A stretch of 64,000 nucleotides of DNA from Mobula hypostoma (Eukaryota): positions 74,216,001 to 74,280,000 of the forward strand of contig NC_086108.1 of assembly GCF_963921235.1 (NCBI RefSeq). Direction: 5' to 3'. Below are positions 63,811 to 64,000 of the stretch, piece by piece. The number at the start of each line of letters is the position of its first letter. Position 1 is the first letter of the stretch. The notes beneath the pieces are model-generated. The model did not search any database and was not told the DNA's origin. It saw only the letters and a program-made list of their open reading frames with translations. The position numbers and the translations under genes are program-made.

Positions 63811-64000
63811 GTGTGTCGTACCAGACATTCAGCCATTCTTGTCTGGCACGTGGTGTCAGGATTAACCGGGTCATGATATGAACGTTCCTGACTTGACCCT
63901 TGTAATTTTTACAAGGCCGAGTGGCTAGCTCGACACAGATGGAAAGCATGCTTGAGGGTGGCCCAACCTGGATTCGAACTCCGGAACCTTTGCTCTGGAG
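63811..64000 (-). mobile_element. tRNA-derived SINE, head truncated by the window edge
   Basis: gatggaaagcatg..ggattcgaactc.gg.acctt shared with ~40070-40110. Confidence 0.7.

Overview
Eukaryotic, repeat-saturated, AT-rich vertebrate DNA. The repeat inventory (CR1, Rex1/Babar, RTE, Nimb/I, Penelope, HE1- and SacSINE1-like SINEs) suggests a cartilaginous fish, probably a ray (inference). I could not identify any host protein-coding exon; every long ORF is transposon-derived. The host-gene signals are two CpG-rich, promoter-like regions in divergent orientation: about 15.3-15.5 kb (minus strand, strong splice donor) and about 28.7-29.6 kb (plus strand). The flanks are probably introns. Main structures: (1) a full-length Nimb/I LINE (17950-28689) with a 15-bp TSD, inserted at the edge of the CpG island and hit by seven later insertions; (2) a four-level nest, hAT > Rex1 > CR1 > Penelope (41071-49581), with readable junctions; (3) many Penelope tails carrying minimal hammerhead ribozyme motifs, several in inverted hairpin arrangements; (4) a non-autonomous Helitron with STPR-like repeats, Tigger/hAT/Tc1 MITEs, and tRNA-SINEs sharing a head but differing in tail. 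Boundaries without a quoted TSD or TIR are approximate. I found no convincing wholly new biological system. The best leads are possible promoter-edge targeting by Nimb and the ribozyme-bearing Penelope hairpins.
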